A stretch of DNA of 64,000 bases, from contig NIVC01002868.1 of assembly GCA_002269645.1 (NCBI GenBank), positions 1-64,000 on the forward strand. The letters run 5' to 3'. This stretch comes from Macrostomum lignano. Lineage: Eukaryota. Shown here one piece after another: positions 1 through 24,495 of this stretch. Position numbers and translations under genes: made by a program. Under the pieces are notes generated by a model, which did no database searches, had not been told where the DNA came from, and was given only the letters and a program-made list of their open reading frames with translations. Each line of letters starts with the position of its first letter. Within the stretch, counting starts at the first letter, position 1.

Positions 1-838
1 CATTTTTGTTAAATCGCGTACACCCAAAACATTGTCGCGATGACGTACCATAGCAACCACCTAGACAGTTTTCAGAGCAGCAATTCTCAACACCGTTGCT
101 AATGTAGCACCTGTTGGATACGCAATCTTGTATACTGCGACACTTGGATCTTGCCTGGCATTGATCAGACCCGGGCCCCCAGCAGTAATTTTTTGAATCG
201 GGCCATACAGGACAACTTTCATGACAAGCTGATTCTTTCTCTTCTAAGCACTCAAGTTTGGACTCAAATTTTTGATTGGCTGCATCGGAGAATAGTTCGT
301 CGTAGTTAATCCGCTTTTCTAAGTAACAATTCTTTAATCCGCCAACAAGAACTCCACCTTTTCCAATGTAGCGCAAATTTCGAAAATCAACAGGCGGTAT
401 TTGCATTTTGCAAGTGCTCATAAAGTGCATAGTGATTGCTTCACCATCGCATTTTCCACGAATGACTTCTAGGCTTTTAAATGATATCGGCGTATTGAAG
501 CAGCTGTCAATTATCTGTATGCAACCCGTCACTTCACGAATGGAGTCTAAAAAAGACAAGTTGAACGGTTTACCTTGGTCAATAAATTCCTGCTCGTTGA
601 TTTTAATAATGTGAACATCGCCGATAACAAACTGACAATCAGCCAGTGAGTTGCGCAGAACTTCAACTAGCTTTACTGAGTTGCTCATAGTGAATTCCGA
701 ACGTCGCGTACCAACGCAAGCTGTAGGTTGGTCTGGAATCACCGCGTCTACAGTCATTTTCCGCTCAAAGTCCGGCAGTAGAAATAGAAACGCGACTAGG
801 CAAAGTTGGACAAACTTGCGAGTAGAATGCGAGCTCAT
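1..838 (-). CDS. EGFR/ErbB-family receptor, N-terminal part (signal peptide, L1 domain, furin-like Cys-rich domain); runs off the left edge
   Basis: Manual translation from ATG 838 has no stop to position 1: MSSHSTRKFVQLCLVAFLFLL...ACVGTRR...CQFVIGDVHI...LSFLDSIREVTG...LEVIRG...LRYIGKGGV...CHESCP...YCWGPGSDQCQ...CCSENCLGGCYGTSSRQCFGC. These match EGFR L-domain and CR1 motifs (CxGT, LSFLxxIREVTG, LxxIRG, CWGPGxDxCQ). Absent from the ORF track because it has no stop in the window. Confidence 0.9.
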   Translation of the reverse strand, partial: MSSHSTRKFVQLCLVAFLFLLPDFERKMTVDAVIPDQPTACVGTRRSEFTMSNSVKLVEVLRNSLADCQFVIGDVHIIKINEQEFIDQGKPFNLSFLDSIREVTGCIQIIDSCFNTPISFKSLEVIRGKCDGEAITMHFMSTCKMQIPPVDFRNLRYIGKGGVLVGGLKNCYLEKRINYDELFSDAANQKFESKLECLEEKESACHESCPVWPDSKNYCWGPGSDQCQARSKCRSIQDCVSNRCYISNGVENCCSENCLGGCYGTSSRQCFGCTRFNKN

Positions 839-3710
839 GATGAACCCTGACTGTGGATACTGTTCGGCTTGATTTGTCAACAGTAGAATAAATCAAGCAG
901 ACAGACGTTAAAAACAGCGATGTTGCCGGCTGGCAACTAGTTGGGTTCAGGCGATCGCTCAGGTGGATATTCCGACTAGCCTGTTTCCGTAGTCGGATTT
1001 ATGGGAAACGGCAACTAAGGGCAGTTGCTATTTTAAGCGCACGAAGGAAGGCCAAGTCCGAGGCGAAGAATGCAGTACACAAAAATGCGCAGATGCACAA
1101 AACCGGTGACGCAAAGATGATGAACGAACAGCGATTGTATGCAGGCGAACAAAAATAGACCGGGTAATGCGGGTATGCGAGTTGCAGAAACCCTTTTTGC
1201 CTTTTGCGTTTTAAACTACCAAAAACGGGACCTCTCTTATTTCTTTCCTACGTGCCCAGTCCCAATGTAGCCATGATTAAATGGCAAAGAGTACACTCTC
1301 TCCGAGATCCACCTCACCTCCGCCTCTGTATTAAAGGAATTCACAGTGGAGCCAAACACATGCGCAGAGGGGCGGATGAAAGAGATAGGGAAGGAGGGCT
1401 GGATTGGAGTGAAGGCCGCGACAGCAAATCCCGCTGAACCACGAGGAGGGGGTGGGCGCATTACGTTGGAATAGAAACTGTACAGTGAAGCAGGGGCTGC
1501 GTGTGGGAGGCAGGCTCAACCCCAAGGACCCCCTATCCACTTCTATACGGCCTATACAAAACTCCAACTGTGAAGAGTGGTGTGGAGTGTGGGCGCAACG
1601 ACATGGAAAATTGGGAAAGAGAGGGCAAACTATGGAACTGGAACTTGGTGGGCTGCATTAGGGCATGGTCTGAGTTTTTTGGAGAGATTCACACTTGGGT
1701 AGACCAATGAAAATGTTTGGGGGACTTGGGGTGAAGACAGTGGGCCAAAGGCAATAATTTCCACCAGATCCTGTTTTGTGCCTGATCACTTACTACAATG
1801 GAGAATGGTGATAAAACCATTCGTCCTAGGAATACAACTATGGAACCTGGAAACAAGTTTAAAAGCCAGATGCAAAGAGGAGAAAAATTGGGCTTTGATG
1901 TTTTAGAATTTTTACGATTTGTTTCATAGAGGAGAGAGCAACACGGGCTAAAAATTAAAGTGGGGAAAGAAAAAGACGTGAGTACGAAGCAGAAGCCTAG
2001 AGGCGTGACTCACCCCAACAATCACGTGGGCATCAAGTCCTTTAGGTGTAAAAAGGCTGGACATGAACTACGAGTATGAAGGAATGAGTGACGGGAGTTG
2101 GAAAGGGGGCAGTCACAATCAAGAGCGCTAAGGGAAGAGAGTGGAGTGGAGAGCGAGAGGGAGCCAAAGCAAACAGGATTAATATTTCAAAACTAGAGGA
2201 ATTAACCCAGGAAACTTGATAGAATCACGAGCTTAAAAACGAGCACATATTAACTTTATCCTACAACACCAAATTCTTGAATTGATGCTTCTAAGAGAAT
2301 AATTTTTGAAATCGCAAGACATATGCGAGACACGTATATATAAGCACAATGACACGCACAGGGGACAGATTGATGAATGACTTATTCGATTGATAACACA
2401 CGCTAGCAGAACACGTTCAGACTCTTACAAAATTTAGAACTGGAGTCGGGAAACTGTTTTTACCTCGATGGGAGGGAAAAGGGAGGAGAGAGGAAATTGA
2501 AATGGGCATAAACTTTGAGTAGGCCGGATTGCTACTGGGAACGGGAAGTTTCAAAGGACCCGGTGGGGCCTGAGTTTGCCGAACCCTGCTATAGATTAAA
2601 ATTCATCACAATTCTATAATAACGGCTCTAGATATTTATATACAAAATGTTAATAAATAAGTCAAGAGAGACACAAACTAACAAATAAAATAGCATAATA
2701 ATCCCTGTTCTAGGTAAACAGTATGTATGCATACAAATATATATATTTGTTGTGACGTCATCCAAAAATAAGGAATGAACTAATAGACAAAAGTAATAGA
2801 TTATCTAGAATTGCCGTTTATGCATAAGCGAGAAGATACTCAGCGTACGCAACAACCTTTCTCCTGCAACTAAAAATGAATCTAAAATATTCATATGTAT
2901 AATAATTAGATTGAGTCAGAATGAGAACAGATTAAACGGAAACGATAGCAATAATATTTTATACTGATTGACATATTAGTTATACAGACACCAACGGCTT
3001 GGCCAAAATAATATTAGCACTACTAACTCAGATCAGAGAGACACGCTATGCACCAATAATATTTCTTTTTTTGCGCTAGATATTAACGGAAAGAATTCTC
3101 AGCGCGAGAGATTAGATCTTTTATAACTAGAGCCAATGGCGGAACTCAAAGTCCTATTATATAGATTAACATTATCTGTCTTATCTGTCTGGACAGTGGT
3201 GCAAGGTGCAAACTTTAAAACTTTTGTTAATAGTCTAAATATTATTTAGCAGCAATTAAAACAATCGAATGCCTGCACCAAAATAATAGGACATCTTGTG
3301 CGCTTTAAAACGCTCGCGCGCACACACACACACAGACAGAGATCGATATAAATAAACAAGCCAATAGAAACATATGAGTGCAAGACTGGCTTTTCACACA
3401 AATAAATTGTATTAATGCTTGATTGCTTAGAAATGAATTACAACTGAAAGAATAATTATTGAAAAAATTGAAAGGAACGCGTATTACCCGTGAGTATATG
3501 AAAATCACAAAATGTTTGTCAGCAAATTAAAAAAAAAGTATTATATACTACTAGTAAGGAAAAGTAAATCAAATTAAAAGTGCAGGAAAATCCGGGACAA
3601 TGAGTCACCGAAAAACCAAGTAAATTATAATTTTAATTTGACAGTAGATGTCAAAGATTTGCATTTGTTAATGGTTGACTAGGGCTGAGGGGTTTGACGG
3701 AATCCTGGTG

Positions 3711-3983
3711 TATACTGAGCAACATTGAAAAGTCGCCAGTGAGCAGTGTCTCTTGGACTATTCTGCAATAAGAGACACGAGAAAACTGATTCGGGGTAGC
3801 TTTAATCCGTCCAACCCTCGCACACCGCTCCACCTCACTTCATTCCTCAACTCAAGTCTGCCGCGTGGCGTAGCTGAGTTGCGTCAGTCGCAAGATTGAG
3901 AGACTTTACCTGCTCTCTCAAAAGTGGCGACAACAGACGGAATCTTCTGTGATGGCGACTTTTCAATGTTGCTGCTGAGTATA
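3711..3983. mobile_element. MITE with ~28-bp terminal inverted repeats, TA at both ends
   Basis: Left end TATACTGAGCAACATTGAAAAGTCGCCA (3711-3738); right end TGGCGACTTTTCAATGTTGCTGCTGAGTATA (3953-3983). A second, interrupted copy lies at 23681-26468. Confidence 0.8.
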
Positions 3984-4802
3984 AATAAACAAAAATATTT
4001 ATCAATTAAGGCTCTATTTTAGTTATTAATTAGAATCTACTGTTGTTAAATTAAATAATAACAATGAATAAGTTTTATAGAATACTACTGCTTGGCTGTT
4101 GACCTTCATTTGTGCAGACAAAACTTATTCAGAATAATAATACGATACATAAATTGAATACATTTCTAACTTTAAGTTAATAAAAACGATAATTTTTTTC
4201 TTTTTGGAAGCACACATAACTCAGGATAGATAACAGAAGTTAAATTGAAATTCATGAGTATTGTGAGAGCAGTCCAATCAGCATAATAAATACATGAAAA
4301 CACAACAGATCGAGTGACAGAAAATAATTGATAATAGAAAACGATTGGCCTCTTAACAGGGAGACTATAACTGTCACAATGTTAGATAATATAGAGAAGC
4401 TTAGATTTAACTCAGTGGATGACATTAAAAAAATAATAAAAAATCAAAACGCTTTTGTTGCGTGAAAAGAACACAATTCAGTGGTTTTAAGCAGAAATTA
4501 TTTCATATTTATTTATGAGCATTGAATCTAGTAAAGTAAAGCCTCAGAATTACGTCCAATAGCCAATCGAAGAAAGACAATTATAAAACAATTAAAACAA
4601 AAGTAAACAGAATACAAGTAATGAAAATAATCATGGCAACAGGTTTCTATTTAACCTTGGCTTTCTATAGGCCCCCCAGCGCTGCTACTGACAGACAGGC
4701 AAGTTTTGACGCGAGTGAAAGCCAACTGAAAAGTCGTCTATCCATTTTTGAAAACAAAGCATAAAATTCTCAAGCACAAGGCAGATGCTCACATCAGGTT
4801 GA

Positions 4803-14399
<9,597 letters not shown>

Positions 14400-14831
14400 T
14401 TAATTTAGTTAAAAACGCTGGTGAGTGTTGATAAGAGTGCCTTAGTTGTTAGTTTTGGGTACAGGGCTAGGCATGAAAATAGGACAAAGGTTATTATTTT
14501 AGGCAAGCTTCATCCGAAGCATGGCATATAACTAGTATTTTCATAATCCATACTTTTTCTCTGCACTAAGTTAGATCACTAAGAAAACTGTGAAATAAAA
14601 GTCATAAGGAAAACAATTATTAAGTATTATATATGTGCATTTATTAATGATCAGATAATTTTTAGTCCAACCAAATCTGAATAATAAAAGCATAATTATG
14701 GCAACTATTACACACTGTTAGATATTGTTTATGAATTAAAATGGCACATCTTGAAAGACATGCACTTGTACTAAATACTCGGAACATACAAGGAGGGCCG
14801 TCATTATCAAGACAGATATATAAGAGTGAAA

Positions 14832-16687
<1,856 letters not shown>

Positions 16688-16769
16688 TTAAGAATTTAAT
16701 TAATTGAAGCACGTTATGAATATATAAAGTAATAATAAACATAGGGGGTATATTTAATCTTACTATTTA

Positions 16770-18130
16770 TCTTCTATACCTATAAAAATGAAAATTCTGT
16801 CTCTCTCTGTGTGTGTACAAAGGGGAGGGGCCTGTCAACTTAAGCTTATAAAGTAGAGCCTGAGTAACCTACGTACACAAATGATACGGAGTCATTCTGC
16901 TCACAATGCTTGCTATCTGTGGGATGCTTGCTATCTGTGGGATGCTTGCTATCTGTGGGATGCTTGCTATCTGTGGGATGCTTGCTATCTGTGGGATGCT
17001 TGCTATCTGGGGGATGCTTGCTATCTGGGGGATGCTTGCTATCTGTGGGATGCTTGCTATCTGTGGGATGCTTGCTATCTGGGGGATGCTTGCTATCTGG
17101 GGGATGCTTGCTATCTGTGGGATGCTTGCTATCTGTGGGATGCTTGCTATCTGGGGGATGCTTGCTACCTGGGGTGATGCTTGCTATCTGGGTGATGCTT
17201 GCTATCTGGGGGATGCTTGCTTTCTGCAGATGCTTGCTATCTGGGGGATGCTTGCTATGAGCATTAGGGGATGCTTGCTATCTGGGGTGATGCTTGCTAT
17301 CTGGGGGATGCTTGCTATCTGGGGGATGCTTGCTATCTGGGGTGATGCTTGCTATCTGGGGTGATGCTTGCTATCTGGGGGATGCTTGCTATCTGGGGTG
17401 ATGCTTGCTATCTGGGGTGATGCTTGCTATCTGGGGGATGCTTGCTATCTGGGGGATGCTTGCTAAATGGGGGATGCTTGCTATCTGGGGGATGCTTGCT
17501 ATCTGGGGTGATGCTTGCTATCTGGGGGATGCTTGCTATCTGGGGTGATGCTTGCTATCTGGGGGATGCTTGCTTTCTGCAGATGCTTGTTATCTGGGAT
17601 GATGCTTGCTATGAGCATTAGGGGATGCTTGCTATCTGCGGTTGCTTATTTTTGGAGGGGGTGCTTGCTAGCTAGGGGGATGCTTGCTGTCTTGGGAATA
17701 TTTTTTTATTTAGGGGTAGCTATATTTTGTTGTCTGTTTGTTAATTTTTGAGAAAAAGTGATTCATAGCAAATATCTTTGTCCATGTCAATTTTACACGA
17801 ATAAGCTGATTTTTAAAAGTGAAGAAGAAATTGGTTCTTAATAAAATTTGCTTTTTTTAATTGTTTTCAATGAACTATTTTTGCTCCTTGCTTATTGGGC
17901 GCCCCGAAGTGGGGCCGCACTAGATTGCTAGTTATCCCAATAATGTAACTTATAGAATTAAGTTGACAGGCCTTCTTTTGCTATGGACTCCCAAATCGCT
18001 CAACCAAATGACACCAGGGAAAGAAAGTGTCATAGGCTACCTTAAAATTTCCTAAATCTATTCAAGTATTCCTACCTAAAAGTGCAAAAAACTCCTCCAT
18101 AGAGCCATAGAGGCATAGTTTGACATAATA
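16770..18130 (+). mobile_element. Non-autonomous Helitron/HINE-like composite element with a central tandem repeat
   Basis: Starts A|TCTTCTATACCTATAAAAATGAAAATTCTGTCTCTCTCTGTGTG, like the 5' end of the 23773-26404 element. Homology resumes at ~17981 (GCTATGGACTCCCAAATCGCTCAACCAAATGACAC). Internal inverted pair GGCCTGTCAACTTAA at ~16829 and ~17973; hairpin GCCCCGAAGTGGGGC followed by CTAG|T at 17928-17931. Confidence 0.6.
16905..17690. repeat. 18-bp minisatellite (GGGATGCTTGCTATCTGT/G)n
   Basis: About 40 tandem copies; source of the DACYLW and MLAICG pseudo-ORFs. Confidence 0.95.
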
Positions 18131-19687
18131 AAAAGGAACTCAAGAAGAACCAGTAATTGTTTTTTATACTGGCCAGACAAGGTGCGCAGATCTGACAGAC
18201 AGTCACGCACTATATATGCAGGTGTATTTAAATAACTAAATCAAATAGGATCGTCAAGGGTCGGTCAGAAACTGATATATAAAAATAAGCTACACAGACA
18301 AATAACAATTGTTGATTTTTAATTCGAATTGCAAACAAGCGCGACATAGGCTGTATGGTGTGACATTATTTTAAAAGCGCTTAAAGCGAAAAACAACAAA
18401 TATTCTATTAATTACACTTACAGAAATTAAATTAACAAAGCAAATACACTTATAATTGCTGTGACACAGAAATAGTAGTTATATATAAAATTCAAATTAA
18501 AAATTATTGAGGCAGGGGGCAAACAATAGGTCTCTATTTATTAACAACAACAAAACTTGCTGGCCAGCAACTACACCAAGGCGAGGCGAAAGAAAGCGGA
18601 TTGCATATTTATAGTTATAGAAAAATAAAACGGGGCATAGGGCAATGCTTTTATTAACGATAAAAAAATAGTTGTACACAGATAGATAATAGAAAACTTG
18701 GTCGCTAATCCGAATAACTCAGCTGATGGCATCAAAGCCCGGGGATAGGTGTACACCGCCCCGTTCGGACTCAACCGCAGGGACATCAGTGCGATGATCA
18801 TGACCCTCACAGTAAGGAATACCCATTCTGCCTCTCCAGTGGTGTTAAGAAAGCTCGGAGCACTTTATTTGCGACTGCTCAGTCTTTACTTAGGACAGGC
18901 TCATCTACCCCCGGAGCCGCCTGCAGCAGAGTCAAATCACTATAATAAACTTGCCATAATCTGTACTAAAAAAACCTTTCTTAACAACAAAAGCATTCTC
19001 TTTGAAAAAAACCATTGAAAAACTAAACGAAAATGACGCATTATAATCATACTTATATTTCTGTTAACAGAATTCAAGCTTATTGCCAAAAAAAGTAAAA
19101 ATATAACAAATTTTCTAGGAAGAAGACAAAGCTAAAATTATCTACATAAAATATGATAGGAGTTTTGATTTCTATATTAAATATACACACAGAGAGTGAC
19201 TAATATGACGATAGATTATATCGATTTTTCCTCTTTCTTTTTTGTACTCTGTGACGGCTTACAAAATCCCAGGCATGCTGAACATTCTTTAAACCACCGA
19301 TAACATACAAAACTGAGGTTGTTAACAATTGACGAAGCTATATATACACAAACAATAAAATAAGCAAGGCTAAAGAAGTGAATTAAAGCATGACCATACA
19401 ATATATAAGCTACGTACGTGTAGAGACAAAACCGGGACAAAAAGCGAAGCGAGCAAAGCGAAAAAAAGCGAACAGATTAAACGAATCTTAAAAAAATACA
19501 TTTTGTTTCACCTCACCTTCAAATGAACACCTATCAATTGTTTGATACAAACTTATTAGTGAAGAACACACTGAACTACAGCAGAAAATTGTATCAATTT
19601 TTTCTTACGCTCGTTCAAAACAATCAGAAACCTATTATCCCATAAAACTGTTGACTCAACATATCGGTCAGTCTGTGTTAGAAGTAC

Positions 19688-22600
19688 TCAGGCAACCACT
19701 GTGCCAGTTTCCTTATCAGCAGCCAGCAGCTCATTAGCAGAGTGCAGCATTCGAGCTGTTTGATCTTTCACTGACATGGCCTCCAGTCGGGCGGCTGGAG
19801 ACTGGTACCAGCACTCAGTGAGCACCTGGCACAGTCTGCTCAGCACCGGGTGCTCATGCCAGATAGGCAGAATTGGCGGCCGAGCATTGGCTGGCGGACA
19901 GACAACGGCTTGCATCTCTTCCAAGGTTGGATTGTTGGGCACCAGATCGTGATAGGGTTGCTGGTATTCTGGCTCAGCCGTGATGCCTCTGCAATGTGGT
20001 TTTGTTATAATCATTGGATCTGGGATGCTGGCCTTATCTGGTTACTGCATTGGGGATCTGGGATGCTGGCCTCATCTGATCAATGTATTGGGGATCTGGG
20101 ATGCTGGTCTCATCTGATCAGTTTATTGGGGATCTGGGATGCTGGCCTCATCTGATCAATGTATTAGGGATCTGGGATGTTGGTCTCATCTAATCAGTGT
20201 ATTGGGGATCTGGGATGCTGGCCTCATCTGATCAATGTATTAGGGATCTGGGATGCTGGTCTCATCTGATCTGTTTATTGGGGATCTGGGATGCTGGTCT
20301 CATCTGATCTGTTTATTGGGGATCTGGGATGCTGGCCTCATCTGATCAGTGTATTGGGGATCTGGGATGCTGGCTTCATCTGATCAATGTATTAGGGATC
20401 TGGGATGCTGGCTTTATCTGATCAATATATTAGGGATCTGGGATGCTGGCTTCATCTGATTAATGTATTGGGGATCTGGGATGCTGGCCTCATCTGATCA
20501 GTGTATTAGGGATCTGGGATGTTGGCCTCATCTGATCAGTGTATTAGGGATCTGGGATGCTGGCCTCATCTGATCAATGTATTAGGGATCTGGGATGCTG
20601 GCTTCATCTGATCAATGTATTAGGGATCTGGGATGCTGGTCTCATCTGATCTGTTTATTGGGGATCTGGGATGTTGGTCTCATTTGATCAGTTTATTGGG
20701 GATCTGGGATGCTGGCCTCATCTGATCAATGTACGAGTATTAGGGATCTGGGATGTTGGCCTCATCTGATCAGTGTATTGGGGATCTGGGATGCTGGCCT
20801 CATCTGATCAATGTATTAGGGATCTGGGATGCTGGCTTCATCTGATTAATGTATTGGGGATCTGGGATGCTGGCCTCATCTGATCAATGTATTAGGGATC
20901 TGGGATGCTGGCTTTATCTGATCAATGTATTAGGGATCTGGGATGCTGGCTTCATCTGATTAATGTATTGGGGATCTGGGATGCTGGCCTCATCTGATCA
21001 ATGTACGAGTATTAGGGATCTGGGATGTTGGCCTCATCTGATCAGTGTATTAGGGATATGGGATACTGGCCTCATCTGATCAGTGTATTGGGGATCTGGG
21101 ATGCTGGCCTCATCTGATGATCATTAACTGTATTGGGGATCTGGATGCTGGCCTTATTTCATCAGTATTGGGAATATGGGATGCTGGCATCTTATCATCA
21201 TTGACTGTATTGGGGATCTGGGATGCTGGTCTCATCTGATCAGTTTATTGGGGATCTGGGATGCTAAAACTACCTGAGACGATACCAAAATGCAAAAGCA
21301 AAAGTACAAAAACATGGCAATTACCTATTCGGATCATGGCACCTGACGGCAAGCTCCCAAAACACTAATCCAGTAGCATAGACATCAGCCTTGCGCAGAG
21401 CGGTGAAATCCCTGGCATCCTGGCTGGCATTCAAGCATTCCGGACTCAGATAGCGCCTGGTACCAACTAGTCCATTGTTAGCCTCTCCAATGCCGCTATC
21501 GCTGCCGCCTACAACTCCGAGTCCGCCGCTGCCAAATCCGATAACATTGCCGCAGCCGGGTTGCAGAGCTACGGCTAAACCAAAATCAGCAATACAGCAA
21601 GACAGATCGGATTTCACCAGGATATTGTTGGATTTGATATCCCGATGCGCAATAGCTGGTTTGCATTTCACGCCGGTGATTTCGCTGTGGAGATGAGCCA
21701 GACCGCTGGCAATGCTGTGCAGCATTCGAGCCATGGTGTGCTGATCTACTGTACACCTGGTCAGGTAGCTCTGCAGAGATCCATTAGCGTGATAGTCTGT
21801 AATGAGCCACAGCTGGGTCTCCAGTCCAATATCGATATTATCAATAGCAATGAAGCCCAGGATGGAGTCGTGTCGCATGCCGGGCAGTTCGTACATGTGA
21901 CCTTCGGTGGACCAGGAGCTCTCCGCCCGGCTGCTGAATATCTTCACCGCCACGGGGTCGTTGCGCCACTCGGAACGGTACACCTGAGGTGATTTAGGGA
22001 AATTTTTGGGGAGATTTGTTGATGAAAATCGAGCGTCACTAGGTTTAAAGCTTAATGAGAGCACGGGGACCAAATACCAGACTTTTCACAGTCATTAATA
22101 GATGGGATTACTGACGAGTGCGCTTATGAAGTGATTCATAATTAGTTATGTAGACTATGTAGGGCTTTTTAACTGCTGATGGAGTACTTGATAAGGTGGT
22201 CATAGGGTATTTGATAGTTGGTCATGAAGTGTCTGATAGGTGGTCATGGGGCATTTGATAGTTGGTCATGGAGTGTCTGATAGGTGGTCATGGGGAATTT
22301 GATAGTTGGTCATGGAGTGTCTGATAGGTGGTCATGGGGTGTTTGATAGGTGGTCATGGGGTGTTTGATAGGTGATCATGGGGTGTTTGATAGGTGGTCA
22401 TGGGGTGTTTGATAGGTTGTCATGGAGTGTCGGATAGGTGGTCATGGGGTATTTGATAGGTGGTCATGGGGTGTTTGATAGATGGTCATGGAGTGTCTGA
22501 TAGGTGGTCATGGGGTAGTTTCAGATAAGTGGTCATGGAGTGGTTGATGAGTGGTCATTGAGTGGCTGATGAGTGGTCATGGATTGGCTGAGGAGTGGTC

Positions 22601-24453
22601 ATGGATTGGCTGAGGAGTGGTCATGGATTCGCTGAGGAGTGGTCATGGATTCGCTGAGGAGTGGTCATGGATTGGCTGAGGAGTGGTCATGGATTGGCTG
22701 ACGAGTGGTCATGGAGTGCTTGATAAGTGGTCATGGAGTGCTAGATAGGTGGCTATAGAGTGCTTTATGAGTGGTAATTTAGTGATTGCTGAAATGTTCG
22801 TTAATGATTTATGTGGATCAGGGTCTCAATGACTGATTTATCTGGCTAATGGAGTGAGTCATTAGGGCGTTCCCCAGATCCGCGAACAACAAACAAACAA
22901 ACAAAAAGCACAAACCTGACCAAACCGCCCCTGACCAATTAGCTCGCGATGTTCAATCTCCCTAGCAACAGTCCTAGGCAACAATATTGGCAGACCGGAT
23001 CCGCTGCCAGTTTGAGAATGATCAAACACCGGAGCGGTATCAACGCCACTGGTATTCTGATTCGGCTGCTGCTGCTGCTGCTGAGTCGATGGCAGTGAGT
23101 CGCCATTACAGACACCGGTACTGGAGCTGCCACCGCCGGCGCTTCCACGCGAACGATTATTAGGCACAGCCAGCATCTTCTGCTGCTGCTGGCTAACATT
23201 AGGAGCCGGACAGACAAAAGCAACAGCAGATGACGAATTGGAAGAATTCGAAGCAGTTAGAAGTTTTTCAACTGCGCCAGTTGAATCCAACTTCTGGCGA
23301 TGCTGACCGAAAGCGTCGAATGACGAACCGGAGGCTGATGATGAAGCTGGCTGTTGATGATGTTGCTTCTGCTGATGCTGAGGTGGCGGCGAAGGTGACG
23401 AAGAGCCGGACGACTTCAATAAAGAGTCCGACTGGTCCAGCCGTTGGCTCTGCTGCAGTTTCAATCTGCGCCGATGAGAATAGCAGATGCCTAACAGGCA
23501 GGCCAGGAGAGCCAGACAGGCGAAGGCCATGGCGCCAACTGTGGCAGCCACAATAGCACTGCTGTTTGGCTGCGGATGAAGGGAAGATTCTTAGCATTTA
23601 TGAGTCATCGTAGGACGGGGTACTACGTTTCTTATAGCTCTATTAATTACGATTATATGTTTATAATTTAATATCCTAGGTATACTCAGCAACATTGAAA
23701 AGTCGGCATCACAGAAGATTGGACGGATTAAAGCTACCCCGAATCAGTTTTCTCGTATCTTTTATTTCAGAACAAGCTGTTGAAACCCGCGGATTTTGAA
23801 CCCGGGGAATTCCAATCCCCGGAACTACTTTTGCATGTATTCTGAAATCTAAGGCCATACACAAACAAAAACTTGTTAATAGTTAGTAGGATAGAGGTAG
23901 ACATAAAATGGAGCACATTCGTGTAAATTAGAGTTTGAGACATTGTTGGCTGGGGTACTGCGCAGAATGTCAGGCAATGTCTGTCTGACTCTAAAACATA
24001 TATTGCTAAACTCTGGTCTCTCCCAGACTCTCCCTACGTCCCTTGGATCCTTTAAAATTTCTATCGTCTCTTTGTTTCCTCTCATCTCTCTCGTCTCTCG
24101 TCTCTCCTCTCTCCCCTCTCCCCTCTTCTCTCGTATCTTCCCTCATCTCTCTTCTCTTTCATCTCTCTTATCTCATCTCTTGTCTCTTCTTTTCTCTCTC
24201 CTCTCCTCTCTCCTCTACTTTTTCGTTTTTTCTCTCCTCTCTCCCCTCTCCTCTCACCCCCTCTTCTCTTTGATCTTCATTCTCCTTTCTATTCTTTTCT
24301 CTATTCTCTTAACTCTCTCCTCTAATCTCTCATCTCTCCCCTCTTCTCTCGTCTCTTCCCTCACCTCTTTTCTCTCTCGTTTTTGCTCTCTCATCTTTCC
24401 TTTCTCTTCTTTTATCTTTTCTCTCTTATCTCTTCTCATTTCTCTCTGCTCCC

Positions 24454-24495
<42 letters not shown>

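Noticed and set aside
1000-2500. Possible retroelement remnant upstream of the EGFR-like gene
   Set aside because: Only short ORFs with no RT, integrase or endonuclease motifs.
2573-2588. hAT-like terminus AGTTTGCCGAACCCTG
   Set aside because: No partner TIR or 8-bp target duplication was found.
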